Notes under the pieces: model-generated
Databases searched by the model: none
Told to the model about the DNA's origin: nothing
What the model saw: only the letters and a program-made list of their open reading frames with translations
Translations under genes and position numbers: made by a program
Part shown: positions 38,886-47,782 of the stretch, in pieces
Numbering within the stretch: position 1 is the first letter of the stretch
Layout: every line of letters begins with the position of its first letter
NCBI GenBank assembly: GCA_965204375.1
Contig: OZ241986.1
Location: 2,752,001-2,816,000, forward strand
Direction of reading: 5' to 3'
DNA: 64,000 nucleotides
Source: Candidatus Latescibacterota bacterium
GTDB lineage: Bacteria > Latescibacterota > UBA2968

Positions 38886-40820
38886 ATGGCAGAAAACCAC
38901 TCCATAACCATTACGCTTCCCGACGGTTCGACCAAAAAAATTGAGCGCGGTACAACCGTGTTACAAGTAGCCGAATCCATTGGCTCCGGTCTTGCCCGCG
39001 CAGCTCTGGCCGGGCGGGTTGATGGTCGGGTTGTAGATTTGAGTTACCCGGTTGCTTCAGATGCTGCGGTTGAGATCTTAACTTTTTCGGATGACGGAGG
39101 CAAGGAGGTTTACTGGCATAGCACAGCGCATGTGATGGCACAAGCTGTACAGGATTTGTTTCCCACTGCCAAAGTAACCATTGGTCCGCCTATTGAAAAC
39201 GGATTCTATTACGATTTTGATGTCGATCGGCCCTTTACACCCGATGAACTGAAAAAAATTGAAGCGCGAATGCTGGAAATTGCCAGAGAAGACCAGCCCT
39301 TTTCTCGCGAGGAAATCTCGCGCGATGAGGCTTCCGCGCGCTTTCGTGATTTGGGTGAGTCCTACAAACTCGAGCTTTTAGATGCCATTGCGCCCGATGA
39401 GACCGTGAGCATCTACAAAAATACCAGGTGGTTTGATCTGTGTCGGGGGCCACACTTACCGTCAACAGGGCGCATTAAGGCCATCAAGTTGTTAAACGCA
39501 TCCGGGGCTTATTGGCGGGGCGATGAAAACAACAAAATGCTGCAACGCATCTACGGCATCTCGTTTCCCGGCAAAAAAGAATTGCAGGCATATCTCGATA
39601 AACTCGAAGAGGCCAAACGTCGAGATCACCGCACTTTGGGCGTGCAATTAGACCTGTATTCGATAAATGACAATGTAGGTCCAGGCCTGGTGCTCTGGCA
39701 CCCTAAGGGAATGCGAATTCTACACGAGATTGAATCATTCTGGTACAGCGCCCATTTCGACGGTGGATATGAACTCGTTGGCTCCCCTCATATTGGACGA
39801 TCTACCCTGTGGAACACAAGCGGACATCTGGATTTTTTCCGCGAAAATATGTACTCGCCGATGGATGTCGATGGACAGGAATATTTTGCCAAACCCATGA
39901 ACTGTCCATTTCACAGCATGATTTACAAAAGCCGTCGTCGGAGTTATCGCGAGTTGCCTCTTCGCTGGGCAGAAATGGGAACGGTTTACCGGTATGAACC
40001 GGCGGGAGTACTGCACGGGCTTTTGCGAGCGCGTGGATTTACACAGGATGACGCGCATATCTTTTGCCGCCCAGATCAGGTCGAAAGTGAAATTAAACAG
40101 ACCATAGATTTTACGCTGTTTATTCTGCGGTCATTTGGTCTTGAAGATTTTAAGATCGATATTTCCACGCGACCCGAAAAAGCCGTAGGTGACCCTCGCG
40201 ATTGGGATATGGCGACAAATGCCTTGAAAGCCGCTATAGATGCACAGGGTTTAAAATATGGCATTGACGAAGGTGGCGGCGCATTTTACGGACCCAAAAT
40301 TGACGTGCAAATTAGAGATGCACTGGGGCGTGAATGGCAGTGTTCAACAATTCAGTTTGACTTCAACCTGCCCGAGCGATTCGATCTGACTTTTGCCGGG
40401 CAAGATGGCAAGATGCACCGCCCCTATATGGTACATCGCGCGCTTTTGGGGTCAATGGAACGGTTCTTTGGCACACTCATTGAGCATTATGCTGGCAATT
40501 TCCCCGTGTGGTTGGCGCCTGTACAGGCTGTTATTCTACCTGTATCGGACCGTTTTACCGACTATGCACAGCAAGTTGCCAAACTGCTTCAAGATGCTCA
40601 GGTGCGCGTTGAAGTGGATGATCAGGATGCCAAACTGGGCTACAAAATTCGAGAGGCAGAAGTTCAAAAAGTGCCCTATATGCTTATCGTTGGCGCGCGG
40701 GAAGTTGAGAATGGCACAGTGTCGGTTCGCCGTCATGGACAGGGGGATTTGGGTGCGCTGAGCCTGGAAAATTTAATCGCGCGTATTCAGACAGAGGTCG
40801 AATCCAAACAATTGTCATAA
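38886..40820 (+). CDS. thrS: Threonine--tRNA ligase
   Basis: TGS domain, HSTAH, DLCRGPH, KPMNCP, FTQDDAH, FYGPKID, HRALLGS. Confidence 0.97.
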   Translation: MAENHSITITLPDGSTKKIERGTTVLQVAESIGSGLARAALAGRVDGRVVDLSYPVASDAAVEILTFSDDGGKEVYWHSTAHVMAQAVQDLFPTAKVTIGPPIENGFYYDFDVDRPFTPDELKKIEARMLEIAREDQPFSREEISRDEASARFRDLGESYKLELLDAIAPDETVSIYKNTRWFDLCRGPHLPSTGRIKAIKLLNASGAYWRGDENNKMLQRIYGISFPGKKELQAYLDKLEEAKRRDHRTLGVQLDLYSINDNVGPGLVLWHPKGMRILHEIESFWYSAHFDGGYELVGSPHIGRSTLWNTSGHLDFFRENMYSPMDVDGQEYFAKPMNCPFHSMIYKSRRRSYRELPLRWAEMGTVYRYEPAGVLHGLLRARGFTQDDAHIFCRPDQVESEIKQTIDFTLFILRSFGLEDFKIDISTRPEKAVGDPRDWDMATNALKAAIDAQGLKYGIDEGGGAFYGPKIDVQIRDALGREWQCSTIQFDFNLPERFDLTFAGQDGKMHRPYMVHRALLGSMERFFGTLIEHYAGNFPVWLAPVQAVILPVSDRFTDYAQQVAKLLQDAQVRVEVDDQDAKLGYKIREAEVQKVPYMLIVGAREVENGTVSVRRHGQGDLGALSLENLIARIQTEVESKQLS

Positions 40821-40869
40821 CGCACCGTGCGTTTATGAGTTTTCTATATCCAATCTGGAGGTGATCGCA

Positions 40870-41409
40870 ATCAATAGAGGTTCAAGAAGTCGAGATACCA
40901 GACGAGAAATCGGGCCGCGCGTGAATCGGCAGATTCGCATTCCACAGGTTCGCTTAATCGGTGAATCAGGTGCTCAAGTGGGCATTGTAGAAACGAGCAA
41001 AGCCCTGACAATGGCTCAGGGAGCCGGGCTTGATCTGGTCGAAGTTGCGCCAAATGCACGCCCACCTGTTTGCCGGATTATGGACTACGGTAAATACAGG
41101 TATGAGCGGGGGAAAAAAGCCAGAAAAAATCGTCAAAGTGCCTCGCAATTAAAAGAAATTCGGATGCGTGTTCGAATCAGCGATCACGATTATCAATTTA
41201 AGATCAGGCATACTGAAAAATTTTTGACCCAACGCCATAAAGTGCGGATTGTTATTGAGTTTTTTGGACGGGAAAATGCACATCGCGATATGGGCCGCGA
41301 CTTATTGCAGCGCATTGAAGACGATTTGCAACATGTTGGGCAGATCGAAACGCATCCCCGCGACGAAGGGCGAAAGCTCGTGATGATTGTCGCGCCAAAA
41401 TCTCAGTAG
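40870..41409 (+). CDS. infC: Translation initiation factor IF-3, probable ATC start
   Basis: VRLIG, DLVEVAPNARPPVCRIMDYGKY, LKEIR; SD GGAGGTGA precedes an in-frame ATC. Confidence 0.93.
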   Translation: MNRGSRSRDTRREIGPRVNRQIRIPQVRLIGESGAQVGIVETSKALTMAQGAGLDLVEVAPNARPPVCRIMDYGKYRYERGKKARKNRQSASQLKEIRMRVRISDHDYQFKIRHTEKFLTQRHKVRIVIEFFGRENAHRDMGRDLLQRIEDDLQHVGQIETHPRDEGRKLVMIVAPKSQ

Positions 41410-41456
41410 TAGTCCGCTTCAACTGATCTGTGACGTTGTTAGCAAAGGAGTTTGTC

Positions 41457-41651
41457 GTGCCCAAAATGAAAACCCATAGCGGCGCCAAAAAGCGTTTCAA
41501 AAAGCGCAGTTCTGGCAAAATCAGCCGTCGCCAGGCCACTGCAGCGCACAACCTGACCAAAAAGACGAGCAAGCGCAAAAGAGGCCTCCGTCAAACTGCG
41601 CATGTTCACGGCACTGACCAAAGCCGCGTCAATCGCCTGCTGGCGTCTTGA
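41457..41651 (+). CDS. rpmI: 50S ribosomal protein L35
   Basis: [13 protein letters not shown]; GTG after AAAGGAG. Confidence 0.95.
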   Translation: MPKMKTHSGAKKRFKKRSSGKISRRQATAAHNLTKKTSKRKRGLRQTAHVHGTDQSRVNRLLAS

Positions 41652-41686
41652 CATGGGTTGGTGATCACTCTTCATTGGAGATTAAA

Positions 41687-42040
41687 ATGCCGAGAGTAAC
41701 CAATAGTCCTGCATCGAGACGCAGGAGAAAAAAAATATTAAAACAAGCCAGAGGCTATCGAGGAGGGCGCAGCAAACTGCTTCGCACAGCCAGCAATGCT
41801 GTGGATCGCGCCTTGCAATACGCCTATCGCGACCGCAGGCAAAAGAAAAGAAACTTCAGAGCATTGTGGATTACCCGAATCAATGCGGCTGCCAGACAAC
41901 ACGGATTGACTTATAGCCGATTTATGGCGGGTTTAAAGCGAGATGGCATTGATATCAACCGCAAAGTATTGGCTAATCTGGCCGTAACCGATGCCACCGC
42001 ATTTGCCGCCCTGGCCGAAAGGGTTAAGCAAAACGGCTGA
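41687..42040 (+). CDS. rplT: 50S ribosomal protein L20
   Basis: [35 protein letters not shown]. Confidence 0.97.
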   Translation: MPRVTNSPASRRRRKKILKQARGYRGGRSKLLRTASNAVDRALQYAYRDRRQKKRNFRALWITRINAAARQHGLTYSRFMAGLKRDGIDINRKVLANLAVTDATAFAALAERVKQNG

Positions 42041-42056
42041 GTATCTCATTCATCCC

Positions 42057-42094
42057 AAAAAGCGAAATCCGGCACCGTGTGGATTTCGCTTTTT
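42057..42094 (+). terminator. Intrinsic terminator
   Basis: AAAAAGCGAAATCC..GGATTTCGCTTTTT. Confidence 0.8.
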
Positions 42095-42196
42095 GCATGA
42101 GGGTCAAATCCTCGTGGGGCGAGCTTGACTTTCGGATAAGATGGTGTTAAATTGCCTTTATATTCAATAGCTTTTGATTTTTGTCAAGGAGCAGAC

Positions 42197-42673
42197 ATGG
42201 ATATGAATCCCTGGATAGTTAGAAATGCGAAAGAAGAGGAGGAAGCGAAGGAAGAAGTGGAGGACAACGCCGAGGCAGCCGAAGAGACCGAAGACGCTGA
42301 AGAAGCAGGGGAAATGGAAGACAACGCCGAAGGAGTGGAGGAAGAAGTGGATGAGGAAGTAGATCTGATGGATATTAACGCAGGAGCAGTGGCAGAGGGT
42401 GTGGATCGGCTCGTTGAAGCAATTAACAACGCCGTTGCAACCATTGAAGATTTGCGTCGTGAAAATGCCGAATTGAAGCAACAGAGTCAGGCATTGCAGT
42501 CAGATATATCGCGCCTCGAAGAAGAACGGGTGGCTCTGTGTAACGAACGAGATCGGCTACAAGACATTTACAACGATAATATGCTTCTAATAGACAATAA
42601 GGCGGAAATCCTGGATAAGGTCGAAACGATGTTACAGCGCCTCAATTCCTTAAACCCCGAGAAAAATGAGTGA
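42197..42673 (+). CDS. ZapB-like coiled coil with a long acidic N-terminal tail
   Basis: Directly upstream of zapA; INNAVATIEDLRRENAEL..KVETMLQRL; promoter TTGACT-17-TAAATT near 42125. Confidence 0.6.
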   Translation: MDMNPWIVRNAKEEEEAKEEVEDNAEAAEETEDAEEAGEMEDNAEGVEEEVDEEVDLMDINAGAVAEGVDRLVEAINNAVATIEDLRRENAELKQQSQALQSDISRLEEERVALCNERDRLQDIYNDNMLLIDNKAEILDKVETMLQRLNSLNPEKNE

Positions 42674-42966
42674 TGTCTGGTTTGTCCGACGTGCGCGTTC
42701 AGGTATTTGGCTCAGAATATCGCATTGCCAGCGATACTGATCCCGAACATATCCGCGAGGTGGCGAGTTATATCGATCAGAAAATGCGAGAAATAGCCAG
42801 TGCTCTTGCACTGCGCAACAGATCGACAGTAGCTGTATTAACGGCTGTGAATTTGGCTGATGAGCTTTTTAAGATCGAGGAAGAAAGTCGCCAGATGAAT
42901 CGGATTTCACTCGAGAAAGCCGATCAACTCGCAGACTCGGTAACCTTTAGCTCACGAACGAAGTGA
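42673..42966 (+). CDS. zapA: Cell division protein ZapA
   Basis: VQVFGSEY, VASYIDQKMREI, VAVLTAVNLADEL. Confidence 0.9.
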   Translation: MSGLSDVRVQVFGSEYRIASDTDPEHIREVASYIDQKMREIASALALRNRSTVAVLTAVNLADELFKIEEESRQMNRISLEKADQLADSVTFSSRTK

Positions 42967-43075
42967 GTAAATCGCACAATGCGAGTATGAGACAAGCTAT
43001 CTCACGGGAGTGTGAACCCCGTCGCGTTTGTCCTTAAAAGTGAGCACAAGCGCGGTGGGGATTTCTTTTAATACC
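42967..43075 (+). ncRNA. Structured RNA candidate at the usual 6S RNA position
   Basis: zapA-x-rny synteny; three hairpins and a TGAACCC motif; shorter than a typical 6S. Confidence 0.3.
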
Positions 43076-43090
43076 ACAATGGAGAAAGTC

Positions 43091-44653
43091 ATGGAAATCG
43101 TATCTGTGATTGCGCTATCTACCGGGCTGTTGGTTCTGGGATTTGTTGTAGGATGGCTGATCAGCAGTAAAATCTCACACAAGAAATTTTACCGCACCGA
43201 CGCCACAATCGAACAAATTTTGGAAGATGCTCGAAGAGAAGCAGAAACTGAAAAACGCACCGCGCTTTTAGAAGCTAAGGATCAGATTTATCACGAGCGC
43301 GTACAGGCCGAAAAAACGCTGGAAGACCGCAACAGTGAAGTGGCACACAAAGAAGAAGAATTAGACCGCATGTCGAGCGAGTTGAATCGACGTGCAGACC
43401 TGCTCAACCACAAAGCTGGACAAATGGAAGAATTGGAACAAAAACTGGTACAGCAGCAGGACGGATTATCCGTAAAAGAACTGGAATTGGAAGCGATTTT
43501 GGAGGCTCAAAATGCGCGATTAGAACGCATTGCGGCCCTGACACGCCAGCAGGCCAAACGCGAATTGATGGAAAATTTGGAGGCCGAAGCCCAGCGCGAA
43601 GTTGCCTGGCGCTTAAAAGAAATTCGGGAAGACGCACAAGCGCGGGCCAATGATGAAGCGAGAGAAATTATCGCAAGTGCGATTCAAAGACTGGCAGTCG
43701 ATTACACGGTAGAATCAACTGTGACAGTTGTCGAATTGCCAGCCGATGAAATGAAAGGTCGAATTATCGGACGCGAAGGGCGTAATATTCGAGCTTTTGA
43801 GATGTGTACTGGCGTGGATGTGATTGTTGACGATACCCCCAAAGCCGTCGTGCTGTCCGGGTTTGATCCCATTCGCCGCGCGATTGCCAAGACAGCTTTG
43901 GAGCACCTTTTAATGGATGGACGCATTCATCCGGGCCGGATCGAAGAAGTGGTTGAAAAATCGAAAGAAAATATGCATGAATTAATTCAACAAGCAGGTG
44001 AAGAGGCCATCTTTGACATGGGAGTACCCGGCTTGCATGATCGTCTGATTGAATGTCTTGGGCGATTAAAATTTCGGACGAGCTATGGGCAAAATATGTT
44101 AAACCACAGCAAAGAGGTAGCTTTTCTGTCGGGGATGATGGCCACGCATTTGGGGCTGGATGCACAACTTGCCAAGCGCGCTGGCCTACTACACGATATT
44201 GGCCAGGGAATCAGCCACGAATTTGAAGGTACACCCGGCCAAAATGGCGCTGATATGGCAAAAAAATACGGTGAAGATGACGAGGTAATCAACGCGATTG
44301 AAGCCCACCACGGCGAGGCTGACCCGATCTCGCCAATTGCAGTGCTGGTCGATGCCGCAGATACCATTTCGAGGGTTCGACCAGGTGCAAGGCGTGAGGT
44401 GTTGGAAAATTATGTGCGACGATTGGAGCATTTGGAACAAACCGCCCAAGAAATAGAGGGAGTAGATGCGGTTTACGCCATTCAAGCAGGTCAGGAAATT
44501 CGGGTAGTCGCCAACTATGGGTTAATCAGCGATGAAGACACCGAGCGATTATCTGCTCAAATTGCCGAACGACTGGAAAAAACAATGACGTATCCGGGGC
44601 ATATAAAAGTGACCGTAATTCGCGAGGTGCGCGCCGTCAATTTTGCGCGATAA
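43091..44653 (+). CDS. rny: Ribonuclease Y
   Basis: N-terminal TM, coiled coil, KGRIIGREGRNIR (KH), GLLHDIG (HD). Confidence 0.95.
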   Translation: MEIVSVIALSTGLLVLGFVVGWLISSKISHKKFYRTDATIEQILEDARREAETEKRTALLEAKDQIYHERVQAEKTLEDRNSEVAHKEEELDRMSSELNRRADLLNHKAGQMEELEQKLVQQQDGLSVKELELEAILEAQNARLERIAALTRQQAKRELMENLEAEAQREVAWRLKEIREDAQARANDEAREIIASAIQRLAVDYTVESTVTVVELPADEMKGRIIGREGRNIRAFEMCTGVDVIVDDTPKAVVLSGFDPIRRAIAKTALEHLLMDGRIHPGRIEEVVEKSKENMHELIQQAGEEAIFDMGVPGLHDRLIECLGRLKFRTSYGQNMLNHSKEVAFLSGMMATHLGLDAQLAKRAGLLHDIGQGISHEFEGTPGQNGADMAKKYGEDDEVINAIEAHHGEADPISPIAVLVDAADTISRVRPGARREVLENYVRRLEHLEQTAQEIEGVDAVYAIQAGQEIRVVANYGLISDEDTERLSAQIAERLEKTMTYPGHIKVTVIREVRAVNFAR

Positions 44654-44663
44654 AAAATAGCGA

Positions 44664-45455
44664 ATGAAAATTTTATTTATAGGCGATGTTTATGGCAGGC
44701 CCGGACGACGGGCCGCCGCACATTTGATTCCTCAACTGATTGCACAGTACGCCATTGATTTCTGCGTTGTCAATGGCGAAAATTCTGCTGGCGGTTTTGG
44801 TATTACTGCAAAAATCGGACAAAAATTTCACGCTTACGGCGCCGATGTAATTACCCTGGGCGATCACGTCTGGGATCAAAAAGATTCGGTTGACTATATT
44901 CAAACGGGTGATCGAATTTTGCGTGCAGCCAACTTCCCCAAAGAGGTTGGGGGTGTTGGTGCGGCGGTTTTTTCAGCGCGCAACGGGGCGTCGGTTGCAG
45001 TGCTCAGCCTGCTTGGACGAACATATATGAAAATGGCTTTGGACTGTCCCTTTAGAACCGGGCAATGCGCCGTGGAGAAATTACAAAAGAAAACGCCCAT
45101 TATTCTCATTGACTTCCACGCCGAAGCGACCTCGGAAAAAATTGCTTTGGGGCACTATATGGACGGCAAAGTCAGCGCGGTTTTGGGCACGCATACCCAT
45201 GTTCAAACAGCCGATAATGAGATCTTGCCCGGCGGAACCGCGTATATGACAGATGTCGGCATGACAGGATCTCATGATTCGGTTATTGGCGCGAAAAAAG
45301 ACCCTGCGATTCACCGATTTATAAACCAGATGCCCGTGCGTTTTGAGCCAGCCACAGGTAATGTAAAACTCTGCGGAGCGCTCATAGATGTGGATGAATG
45401 CTCTGGACGTGCGCAACACATCGAGCGACTACGCCTCAATTTAGAGGAGGGATAA
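44664..45455 (+). CDS. ymdB: YmdB/TIGR00282 metallophosphoesterase
   Basis: FIGDV.GRPG, NGEN, DFHAEATSEK, GTHTHVQTAD; follows rny. Confidence 0.9.
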   Translation: MKILFIGDVYGRPGRRAAAHLIPQLIAQYAIDFCVVNGENSAGGFGITAKIGQKFHAYGADVITLGDHVWDQKDSVDYIQTGDRILRAANFPKEVGGVGAAVFSARNGASVAVLSLLGRTYMKMALDCPFRTGQCAVEKLQKKTPIILIDFHAEATSEKIALGHYMDGKVSAVLGTHTHVQTADNEILPGGTAYMTDVGMTGSHDSVIGAKKDPAIHRFINQMPVRFEPATGNVKLCGALIDVDECSGRAQHIERLRLNLEEG

Positions 45456-45456
45456 G

Positions 45457-46647
45457 GTGGAACACCCGCTTTCCGTATCGGACGTCACACAAGCGGTCAA
45501 GCAAACCCTTGAGACGCAATTTCCGCCCATGTGGGTCGCCGGTGAGTTGACCTCCTTTTCCCAGCCATCATCCGGACATCGGTATTTCACGCTCTCAGAT
45601 CCGCACAGTCAATTGCGCTGTGTGATGTGGCGCTCGCGTCCCATAACTGGATTTCGTCCCACAGCGGGAATGGCCGTGTTGGCACAGGGGCAGTTGACGG
45701 TGTATGAGCGGCGGGGCGAATATCAATTTAATGTGTCACAACTATTTCCCGCAGGGGTGGGACAACAGCTAATCGCCTATGAAAAACTGAAAAAAAAACT
45801 ATCAGAAGAAGGCCTTTTTGACGAAGATCGAAAACGATCTCTGCCCGAATACCCCAGAGCCATTGGGATTGTGACTTCGAAGACAGGTGCAGCTTTTCGA
45901 GATATTTGGGATGTGTTGAAGCGGCGATTTCCCGCTGTCCGCATTGTTTTGCGCCCCGCGCAGGTGCAGGGATTGGACGCGCCAGAAGATATTGTACAAG
46001 GCATTGCCGATCTCAATGACTTTGGCAAAGTAGATGTATTGATTGTTGGACGCGGCGGTGGCTCCGCTGAGGATTTGGCTGCATTTAACGACGAGACAGT
46101 CGTGCGGGCAATTGCGGATTCTGAGATTCCAGTTATTTCAGCCGTAGGGCACGAGATCGACACTTCCCTATCGGATATAGCGGCTGACGTACGCGCACCA
46201 ACCCCTTCTGCTGCCGCAGAAATTGCCGTACGCGATATTTTAGAAGTACGCGAACAAGTCGGGAGGCTCACACTTCGTACGCGGGAGGCCATACAGCGAC
46301 TGTTAGACAAAAATAAAGATCTGATAGAAACTTACGAAAGCAGTTATGGCATGCGGCGGTTGTCCGATTTGATCTTTCAAAACGCGCAACACGTCGATGA
46401 ATTACACCGCGAGTTATACGCGCTTATAAGACGGCTATTTGAAAGTCGATTAGCCGACTATCACCGCATGACCGGCAAATTGGGATCGCTTAGCCCACTG
46501 TCAGTACTCGCGCGGGGATTTGGCCTCGTACAACGCGAAGATGGTTTAGTCGTATCTGATGCCGGGATTTTGACACCCCGTGAACATCTACACATTCGGT
46601 TTGCAAAAGGCGAGGCAACCTGTCGGGTAGAAAAAATAAAAAGGTAA
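45457..46647 (+). CDS. xseA: Exodeoxyribonuclease VII large subunit
   Basis: SGHRYFTL, GRGGGSAEDL, SAVGHEID, PTPSAAAE. Confidence 0.95.
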   Translation: MEHPLSVSDVTQAVKQTLETQFPPMWVAGELTSFSQPSSGHRYFTLSDPHSQLRCVMWRSRPITGFRPTAGMAVLAQGQLTVYERRGEYQFNVSQLFPAGVGQQLIAYEKLKKKLSEEGLFDEDRKRSLPEYPRAIGIVTSKTGAAFRDIWDVLKRRFPAVRIVLRPAQVQGLDAPEDIVQGIADLNDFGKVDVLIVGRGGGSAEDLAAFNDETVVRAIADSEIPVISAVGHEIDTSLSDIAADVRAPTPSAAAEIAVRDILEVREQVGRLTLRTREAIQRLLDKNKDLIETYESSYGMRRLSDLIFQNAQHVDELHRELYALIRRLFESRLADYHRMTGKLGSLSPLSVLARGFGLVQREDGLVVSDAGILTPREHLHIRFAKGEATCRVEKIKR

Positions 46648-46652
46648 AGTCA

Positions 46653-46913
46653 ATGGCAAAAAAAAAGATAGAAGAACCCACATTTGAAACAGCTTTGAAG
46701 CAATTGGAGACGGCTGTGGATCGTTTAGAAGAAGGTGCACTGCCCTTGTCAGAGGCACTAAAAGTGTTTGAAGAAGGTCTAAAAGCATCCAATCAATGCC
46801 GCAGTTTATTAGAAGATGCGCGGCAACAGGTTGAAGTGTTGATACGCGATAGCGATGGTGAATTTGAATTGGTATCCATAGATTCCAATGGCGAAGGGTT
46901 TGCAGACGAATGA
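46653..46913 (+). CDS. xseB: Exodeoxyribonuclease VII small subunit
   Basis: FETALKQLE..LE.G.L.L..AL..FEEG. Confidence 0.92.
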   Translation: MAKKKIEEPTFETALKQLETAVDRLEEGALPLSEALKVFEEGLKASNQCRSLLEDARQQVEVLIRDSDGEFELVSIDSNGEGFADE

Positions 46914-47770
46914 AGTCCATCGGTTTGTTTTCGAACCCGACCCAACCGGGCATGGGCGTTGCAGTCGATCAATTGGCCCAACGCATCCATCAAAGAGGCA
47001 TTGGGGTGCTGATCGCCGATAACTTGCGGCAAATTTGCACATCTGATTCCAAATGGTTTTGTCCGGTCGATCAGTTGCCCATACGCGCTGACATCATTGT
47101 GGCAATGGGGGGCGATGGCACCTTATTGCGCGCGGCCGATGTGGTTTATCCGCACAGCACGCCAATTTTGGGCGTAAACCTGGGGCGATTGGGATTTTTG
47201 TCGGGCGCAGAACCCCGCGAACTGGACGATGGGCTGGATCGGTTATTATGTGGCGATTATACCGTTGAAGAGCGCATTGCTCTACACGCACAAACCCGCA
47301 CACAAAAAGCGTTCGCGCTCAATGAGGTCGTAATTGAACGCAGTGTCAAAGCGCGTCTGGTGCAGGTCGTAATGCTGGTTGAAAGTCGGCCCGTAAGCTC
47401 CTTTTACGGCAATGGATTGATTCTGGCAACGCCGACGGGATCCACGGGTTACAGCCTGTCTTCTGGCGGCCCAATAGTACATCCAAATTTATCCGTGCTC
47501 GTCGCCACGCCTATATGTCCGCATTCGCTATCTCAACGTCCAATGGTAATGCCGGGCGATCAGTCGGTAACGATTAAGGTAATCGCTGATCAGTCCGATG
47601 AAATTATGTTATCCACAGATGGACGCACTGTGTGTTCGCTTTCTCCTGAAGAACCCGTTACAGTACAACGGGCCTCCGAACCCGTGCGCTTTATCAATAT
47701 GCAGGGGTTGACTTTTTACGATCTGTTGCAGCGCAAATTGGACTGGAGCCTGGATCGGCGAGACGAGTAA
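46910..47770 (+). CDS. nadK: NAD kinase
   Basis: GGDGT, GVNLGRLGFL, LNE, TPTGSTGYSLSSGGP. Confidence 0.93.
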   Translation: MKSIGLFSNPTQPGMGVAVDQLAQRIHQRGIGVLIADNLRQICTSDSKWFCPVDQLPIRADIIVAMGGDGTLLRAADVVYPHSTPILGVNLGRLGFLSGAEPRELDDGLDRLLCGDYTVEERIALHAQTRTQKAFALNEVVIERSVKARLVQVVMLVESRPVSSFYGNGLILATPTGSTGYSLSSGGPIVHPNLSVLVATPICPHSLSQRPMVMPGDQSVTIKVIADQSDEIMLSTDGRTVCSLSPEEPVTVQRASEPVRFINMQGLTFYDLLQRKLDWSLDRRDE

Positions 47771-47782
47771 AGGAGTTGCGCC

